A stretch of 64,000 nucleotides of DNA from the human T2T-CHM13v2.0 reference genome, Homo sapiens. Position numbers and translations under genes: made by a program. The notes beneath the pieces were generated by a model. The model saw only the letters and a program-made list of their open reading frames with translations. It was not told the DNA's origin and ran no database searches. Below are positions 53,807-64,000 of this stretch, in pieces. The stretch is from assembly GCF_009914755.1 (NCBI RefSeq), contig NC_060931.1; one strand, given 5' to 3'. Position 1 is the stretch's first letter, and each line of letters opens with the position of its first letter.

Positions 53807-56090
53807 GTAAGTCTCAGCTTCGCGGTACAGATGTGTTTGAGGCTGCCTCTACCCATTTGTGGCTCCGAGTTCAGAGCTACCTACTTCACACCCTCCCGGA
53901 TCTACTAGGAGTGTGTCTGTCGCCTGTTTTGGAGCATTGTTGTTCTGTCTGTCCCCATCCCTGAACAGGCAGCATTCTCTGCCCTACAGGGCTTTTCTCC
54001 CAGCGAATTTGCAAGCCTCCGGGTCTCCGTGACGCGTCCCATCCTCCCCATCTGGATGCATCTCCTTGTCCCTCTGTCCTCAAAGGATCTGTGTCCTTCC
54101 TCGCAGCCTCCCCCCCACCCCCATCCTTTGAGACGTGGAAAGCCACGGGTTCTGCCGACCTCGGGGGCTAGAGAGAGTCTTGAGAAGCGGATGGGTAAAA
54201 GTGCTCTGCAGGGCTGTGATGGGTGGGGATAGGTGCAGATGGCTCCAGTGAACCTTTATTTTTGCAGCTTCTGCCACCAAAACAAAAGAATGGAGCGCTC
54301 CCCTGTATTCTTATTCTTCTCCGTATGTATGAGCTGTTTTTCTGTACGTAGCTGTTTGAGTCGCAGGAAATTGAAACTAGAGCTGTAATAAAGCATCTCC
54401 TGAGGAGATTTTGAGAATTAGTCTCCCAAGCTCTATTCACACGGAATGGCATATCGAACAATCTTGTATTGGAATGACCATTTCAGAAGAGCTTTACTGG
54501 TAGATCTGACAGATAAATGTAAAGATAAGAGTCTGCTGTTTCAAATAGTGTATTTTAGATACCTTTAAATTTTAGTGTTCTAATTTTCATCTAGTTCTTA
54601 ATTTGTGAAGTATGTGGGTATGTGTAAGGTGTAAAAATCTGTGTATTGGAAGGTTTTGCTTTGTTACAAGCTTTTGCTTTGTTGCTTTTGAGACAGACGT
54701 TTAAAGATCATATTAGATTGTATTTGATAATTATTTTCAATCATTAATTCCAGAGAAATCTTTTTTTGTATCAGCCACTCACAGATGTTACACACCTTGG
54801 TGCCTATGACCCTCCTGCTGCTTAAACTGTGAATGTCTTCAAAGTATATTTTCAGATTTTTGAACTAGGCGTTTTTTCTCATTAGAATTTGATTTGCTTT
54901 TCAAACTGCTCCTGCAGAACTTTCCAGAAATTAGATTTAAAAATAATTTTAATGCTGTCAGTGATTGGACAATAGCTCTTATATGACTTTATGCATTTGC
55001 TACTTTTCAGAGCACCATAGGAAGCAAACGATAATTTAAGAATAATTTTACTGTGTACTGCAGGTTGTCATTCTGCAAACTACTGTGTAGTGTAGACTGG
55101 TAGCTTTGGTGTTTTGTGTTGCTGAAAAACATTGTCATTTCATTAAGAAAGATGGATGTGTTTAATGACTTTTCCCCCCAACCTCCTTTCAGCAGTTGAT
55201 TTTGGGCTATTATCTGATTTGTAACTTCTCACTGTTCACAGATTTTAATTTGAAGTAGGCTCAGGAGATGTAGCTCCAACTCTGTCTCTGGAAATGTACT
55301 TAGCACAGAAGCCAAGCACTGTGCAGAGTTGAGTGTATTATTAAGGGTGTGGCTTTTGCTTTCTGTAAAATTGTTCAGTTTCTGAATAAGAGTAGGGTGC
55401 TATAGTGAGGTGATGGGCGCTATCTTGGAGAAGTCTTAGAAAAAATGTTGTTGATTCTCTTTTCCTTGGGGTAGGATGGGGAAGATAGAACTATATTTTC
55501 CTATTTCACTGTTCCCTTGACCACTACACCGAGAATTTTGAGTTTTCAATATGTAAGGAGTCTGAAACTGTGCCAACTGTGCTGTAAACAAGGGCTCTAA
55601 CAGGTAGGTGACTCCTGAAACATGGGAGGGAAGTTTTGTTAGCCACTCTTTTGTACTCCTGTGGCACTGCCCACTTCTCAAAGAGTGGGTTTTCTTTCCT
55701 CTTTCTTTTCTGGGGTATGCACTCAAACTTGTGAAAGTGAAATATGTGTATTTACAACTTGCTTGTAGATAAAAGTGCGAGCTCATTTTCATATATAAGT
55801 AGATGGAAGAACTATGAATTAAGTTAATCTGAATGTCCTTGAAATGAAGTTGGAAAAGATTCCTCAGTGCTTTGGGTAATTTTTCCCCCATTGAGGATGC
55901 ATATGACATTTATTTAGATTAAGTTTTAAAATATTTCCTTCAAATATTTGACACATTTGCCAAAAAGGATTTGGGAGTGGACTAAGTCATTATTAAAGAG
56001 ACCAGTCTGTGGGAGTTTTTATACATTGATCTAAAAATGTTTAGGTTTTTAATTTACTTTTCAAAGTGACTTCCTTAGGGGGAATGGTAA

Positions 56091-56517
<427 letters not shown>

Positions 56518-56725
56518 TGAGCATCTACTGTGTGTGCCAAGCACTTTTATTAGGTTCTGGAACTACCAGGGTAAATTAGTCAAGGTTCCTTTCCTCATTG
56601 AGGTTACCAGTCTAGATATTTGACTGTGATTTCTATTCACCTGCCTTTATTGGCTTCTCTTACAGGTTTTTAAGCCACTTGACCCTGTTGCAAGGTTGTT
56701 TCATATCCTGTGTATAAGAATAAGC

Positions 56726-57016
56726 GGCCGGGTGCTGTGGCTCACGCCTGTAATCCCAGCACTTTGGGAGGCCGAGGTGGACAGATCATGAGGTCAAGAG
56801 ATCAAGACCAGCCTGGCCAACATGGTGAAACTCTGTCTCTACTAAAGATACAAAAAACTAGCTGGGTGTGGTGGCACGCCCCTGTAATCCCAGCTACTTG
56901 GGAGGTGGAGGCAGGAGAATCACTTTAACCTGGGAGGTGGAGGTTGCAGTGAGCTGAGATCGCACCATTGCACTCCAGCCTGGGTGACAGGGTGAGACTC
57001 TGTCTCAAAAAAAAAA
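56726..57016 (+). mobile_element. AluS
   Basis: TSD aagaataagc. Confidence 0.95.
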
Positions 57017-57385
57017 AAGAATAAGCACAATAGATGCCATTTATTGAGTGCCTAATTTGTGCCAGTCACCATGCTAAGTGCTTTACATACGTTATCTCAT
57101 TTAATCCTTAGAACAGTCCCAAAATATATTTTATCTCCATTTAAAGATCTCCCCCCCCACACGCGAATAAACTAAACTAAATTATTTTAATAATAAAAAG
57201 CCATACAGAATCTTGTGTATAGTATTACTGGATTTTTTTTTCTTGTAATATTCTCGAAAAGATTTGACTTACAGTCCTTAAAGGGGAGAAGCTGTCGTAC
57301 AGTCATTAACAGTTTTTAATTCTCTAATATTGCTTTGAATAGAAAAATCCTAATTTCATAAGGTACTAGTATATCTTGTGTTCTA

Positions 57386-57715
<330 letters not shown>

Positions 57716-58779
57716 CTATCAAAAATAATTTTCAGTCATTGTTTAAACTTTTGAAAAGACATAATTCTAAAGTTCATTATGGTTAACTGTAACAGATCTT
57801 CAGGCATGTTTACCTTTTTTTCCCTCTAGTTCTACAACGGGACCACAAGCTTTTAAAATGTGCTAAAAATGTGTGTATTCTCCAGGAAGGGTAGAGTATT
57901 GAGCCATGTGAAATCTATTCAGCTTTTAAAATTTTTGAGTTTGATTTTGGCAACTAAGGGCCTTGGAGAGTTTTAGTTTCTGCAATGAAAATGTATTCTT
58001 TCAGATTTGAAAATTATCATGCTCATTATTGGTAGGATATATACTTTATCAGTAATTTGATATGATTCTGTCTAATACTTTTTCAGACACTCAGCATTTT
58101 TTAAAACATGGTTTTTCACTGTCAACTCTTTTCTCCAAAAGCCTTATTTTTATCCTCAACATTTTATTCTATCATTAATTTTTAACCAAAAACTGTTAGC
58201 AGTTTGCTATTCTCAGGATAATGATTTTTACTACTGGTTATACACTCTTCTGTTTTTAGGACTGTAGAGCAGATATTTAATACTTGAGTTGCTAAGAAAG
58301 TTAATCCTTGATATTTTTCTGTCTTCAGTCTGACATATAATTTTAACTTAACATAGACAGTCCTTTCATTTCAGTGTAGCAAAATCCTTGCTACTCAAGT
58401 CACTATATTTTTCTCACTGAAACAATATTGGAGGTAGAATTCCTGTTCAAGGACATTAACAATGACTAAATTATAAATGGGCTAGGTGCTGGGTCTACAA
58501 AGATGAGTAAGTCAAGATTCCTTTCCTCACTGAGCTGTAAAATGTTCATTTAAAATCCATGAAGAGAAGGGAGAGTTCATTGAGATGCTCTTAGTTCTCC
58601 AAATAGACATGAAAACATTGCCCTTCTTGTTAATGCGTCCCTTCAGAGTATGGTAAAGGAAAGTATGTAAATCAACATATTCAGCCAGGGTTTTCATTCT
58701 GTTTCCTGGCCTTAGGCAATAGGTGATTCACATTTGCTGTATCACTAGATGTTCTATATCACATCTTTATTTTCAGATG

Positions 58780-60540
<1,761 letters not shown>

Positions 60541-61083
60541 TATCATTTCCCCAGTTGTTTTATTTATTTGCCCAGTAGGCTACCATTCTCCCTGCCATGT
60601 AGACCATCTCCCACCTTCATCTACCCCTACTAACACACATCATTAACTGAGGGGCCTGCTGGCTTTTGCCTCTGTGGAACCACAACCCTTCACTGGGCCT
60701 ATGACTCTGTGCAACTCTCTGTTTCCACACAACACCCATTGTCCTCGCCTCTAGGCTAATTAGCCTGCACTTCTGGTAGTCTTCCCAACATGACCTCACT
60801 GCCCTGCATCTTCAGCTAGCTTGCAGACACCTTTACATATTCTAATAGTTAATTTTTAAATCTATTTCAAGAATTTACAAACATACATATATGTGATAGA
60901 ATATACACATAGTTTCCCCAGACACAAATGGTAACATACCATATTAAATATTCTACACCTTTTTTTTTTACTTATCTAGAAAACCTTTCCATTCTTTTTA
61001 ACAACTTACATAGTATTTCATTGTGCATGTGAGTATGTGTGTACATTCAGACACACACATACACACACCTGTACCTGCCTACC

Positions 61084-61584
61084 AGTGGTAGAATGTTTAA
61101 CAGTCATAAATTTCTCCTGTTTTGGTAGGCATTCTTCTTTGCAGTGTGCCTTTGCTTTTTCTGTCTAGAGGTAGAATCTATTTCTCCATCTCTTTCTTGA
61201 GTCTTGGCTGGCCTTGTGACTTACTTTGACGAACAAATATGATAGAAGTGATCTATGAGTTCAGGAACCAACTCCTTACAAGGCTTCAAGGAATACTTTC
61301 TTGCAGCTGAGTGTGAGGAAGCTGGTCTAGTGTAAGGAAGCACTAGATGTGTCTTGCAGGAGAACCAAGATACCCCAGCTAACAGCAAGCACCAACCGGC
61401 AGATATGAAAGTGGTTTATCTAGGACCTAGTAGCCCAGCTGACCCTTTAGCTGAACGCACAGGAACCAGAGATGAAAACAGCAGAGAAACTGCTAGCCAA
61501 CCTACAGAGTTGTGAAAAATAACATACTGTTTTGAGATACTAAGTTTGGGATGGTTTGTTCTGTAGCAGTAGATATCTGAAACC
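61084..61584 (+). mobile_element. MLT1F/G-like MaLR LTR
   Basis: gaggtagaatctatttctcc...ggctggccttgtgact...ctaagtttgggatggtttgtt...gcagtagata. Confidence 0.75.
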
Positions 61585-62119
61585 TTAACTGTGTTCATTT
61601 TGGACATATGGATGGTCTCTAGTATTCTATTATGAATAATATTGTAATTAATATCTTTGTGCATAGTATATACCAATTTAATTTTAATACTTAATGCTAA
61701 ATTATTTTTCAGAAATATTGACACAATTCTAATTGTCACCATTAATGTCTGAGAGTAATTATTTTCTCTATAAACTGTCACTGAATGCTTTTCTTTTACA
61801 ATAAAATGAGTTTTAAAAAAAAGTTTCCTATGGTGCATTTCCCTAACTACTTATGAGGCTAGCTACTTATGAGGCTAGCCATCTTTCAATATATTTGTTG
61901 GGCATTTTGATTTTCAGTTCTGTGAATTGCTTATTCATATCTTTACTCATTTTTTCTTGTTGGATTTTTTCCCTTACTAATATGTTGGTGTTCTTTGATA
62001 TCCTTATTATGGATATAAACCTTTAACTTAATTTACAAATAAGTTTTGTAAGTTTGCTTTTGTTTTAGTTTATGGTATCACTTATTATAAATTTTTCTTT
62101 TGGCATTTCATGTAATCAT

Positions 62120-62470
62120 TGCTATGGTTTGGCTATGTCCCCACCCAAATCTCATCTTAAATTCCCACATGTTGTGGGAGGGACCCAGTGGGAGGTAATT
62201 GAATCATAGCATGAGGGCAGGTCTTTCCCGTGCTGTTCTCATGATAGTGAGTAAGTCACACAAGATCTGATGGTTTTAAAAAGGGGAGTTTTCCTTCACA
62301 AGCTCTCTTCTCTTTGCCTGCTGCCATCCATGTAAGATGTGACTTGCTCCTCCTTGCCTTCTGCCATGATTGTGAGGCCCCAGCCATGTGGAACCATAGG
62401 TCTATTAAATCTCTTTTTCTTCCCTGTCTTGGGTATGTCTTTATCAGCAATGTGAAAATGGACTAATAGA
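62120..62470 (+). mobile_element. THE1 solo LTR
   Basis: tgctatggtttggctatgtccccacccaaatctcatc...gactaata; perfect 5-bp TSD atcat. Confidence 0.93.
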
Positions 62471-63149
62471 ATCATCTATATCTGTCTTTTAAAGACTTTT
62501 TGATGTTCCTGTCTTGAGAATCTCTCTCTCCTCTCTAGGTTAAACAAACTTTTTCCTAAACTTTCTTCTGACTTTCTAATCAAATAGTAATCATGTTCAG
62601 CGGCCACAGAAATCCAAAAAAGGGTCATATAAATAAACAAGGGGGATTATTTTCCTCAAGTAATGAGAAATTAGAGGTAGACTGGAGCTGGTATAGTGGT
62701 TCCACAGTGCTATCAGGAATGCAGGCTCATTTGTCTTTCTGTTTAGTCATCCAGGCTTGTCACCTCGTGGTCTTCAGATGGCATTCCAGACTGAGCAGTA
62801 GTTTCGTTATATTCTTTCGCTCTTCATGGCTCTGCTTGCTTTAACTGAGAATCATATCCAGTTTGGTGACTGTAACTTCTGGGGATGGGGCCAAGATAAA
62901 GCAGCTCCTTCCCCTCCCCCAGAATAACAAGTTCTTATGAAATATATTTTTTTCTGTTCTTTGAAAAAAATAGTGCTGATTTTGCTTTCTGTGCCATAAT
63001 AAATGTGTCTTCAGGATAAAGCCCCAGAATTTTTTTTCTTTAACCTATTGGGCTGTCATGTTTTAAAGTTATTTATACGCAAACGGAAATAAACATGATT
63101 ATATTCTCAAATTGGAACTGTTGGGAACATGGGACTTTAGCATTATGTT

Positions 63150-63800
63150 CAATAAGTAATACTTATTCAAGGTGTTCTGTGTGCCAGTAACTATGGTAAA
63201 CAAGGGGTATAAAACTGAATATGGTGTGATTCTCATCCTTAAAGAGTTTACCAGATAACTCAAGAAGCAGATAAACATTTAATTATAGTTTTAGATGGTA
63301 AGTTGAGTGTAGTATCAAGTTATGGAGGAAGGACTTTGAAGTTAGTTGAGGGCTGGGGAGCTATTATCATGAAACTTGATAGAGAAAACAACTTTTAAGC
63401 TGATACTTGAATGAGTAGTAGGAGTTACCGTTTTCAGGAGGAATTGGTAGGGAAGAGGAGACAACATTCTAGGAGCTTTAGTAGTTTAGTGGGCAGGGCT
63501 GAGTTATAAGTGATAGGCTGTGAAGAGATGAATCCTGGTCTTAGCAGGGACTTTTCCTTAGAGCTGAGAACCTTAAGAAGGTTTTAAAATGGAATTGGAC
63601 AAGATCAGATTTGCCTTTTAATAAAGTTAATTTGGTTATAGTAGAGAAAATTCAGTTGGGGGTGGGATCTGGAAGCAAGGGCCACCTATTAAGGAGTTTA
63701 TCTAATACATTAAAATCTATTCCAGTATTAGTCAAATATCTCTTGAGCACCTGTGTAAATACAATGTGGGGGAATGCAGAGGTATGTAAAACATATAATT
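63150..63800 (-). mobile_element. L2 fragments
   Basis: ttcaataagtaatacttattc...tgtgtgccag motif and purine-rich body. Confidence 0.6.
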
Positions 63801-64000
63801 CCTATTTTCAAGGAGTTTGTATTTTAAAATAACTGAGAACTAGGTAACAACAATATGAGGCAGTATACTAATGTTACGGCTTCTATCTTATAAAATGAGG
63901 GCAAATAAGGCTAGAATTAAGACTTGAAGCCAAAAGATCTTCATGGCTACAAAGCCCATATTCTTTCTAGGCATGCTACACTGCTTCCCATGGCACTTAT

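Larger units (their letters stand above)
52700..54200. promoter_or_regulatory. CpG island / bidirectional promoter KRIT1 (-) / ANKIB1 (+)
   Basis: Sharp rise in GC and CpG content; tandem ETS sites cttccgg at 53209 and 53256, NRF1-like tgcgagcgcgca at 53428, GC box ggggcggg at 53693; outward-facing splice donors on both strands. Confidence 0.93.

Noticed and set aside
52727-53964. Long ORFs (148-195 aa) on both strands of the CpG island
   Set aside because: GC-rich sequence is poor in stop codons; the translations are low-complexity R/P/G/S-rich, some start at non-ATG codons, and none has a recognisable domain.
55436-55909. 157-aa minus-strand ORF in ANKIB1 intron 1
   Set aside because: No recognisable homology or domain and no supporting exon structure; compatible with chance, though not excluded without Ribo-seq/PhyloCSF.

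Overview
Human/primate genomic DNA, AT-rich and dense in Alu/L1 repeats, containing the whole KRIT1 (CCM1) gene on the minus strand. I placed 16 coding exons using GT-AG boundaries. They total 2211 nt (736 aa plus stop), from the ATG at 49422 to the TGA at 8024-8026, and encode the N-terminal Nudix-like region, three NPxY/F motifs, ankyrin repeats and a FERM domain. Non-coding 5' exons lead up to a CpG island (~52.7-54.2 kb). From recalled synteny (7q21.2), this island is a bidirectional promoter shared with ANKIB1 on the + strand, whose first exon and the start of intron 1 fill the right end. The introns hold MIR1285-1 (an Alu-derived hairpin), a Y3 RNA retropseudogene, about 30 Alus, a ~6 kb old L1MA, a twin-primed inverted L1PA, MaLR LTRs and MER DNA transposons. 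I found no wholly new multi-gene system. The best leads are: a candidate 20-nt frameshifting micro-exon with a duplicated acceptor module (29950-29969); a 99-nt stop-containing pseudoexon (48036-48134); uORFs overlapping the KRIT1 start; a MER20-derived 5'UTR donor; and a double fold-back repair scar at 60111-60162. Repeat boundaries and subfamilies were assigned by eye and are approximate, and the TSS positions cannot be seen in the sequence.
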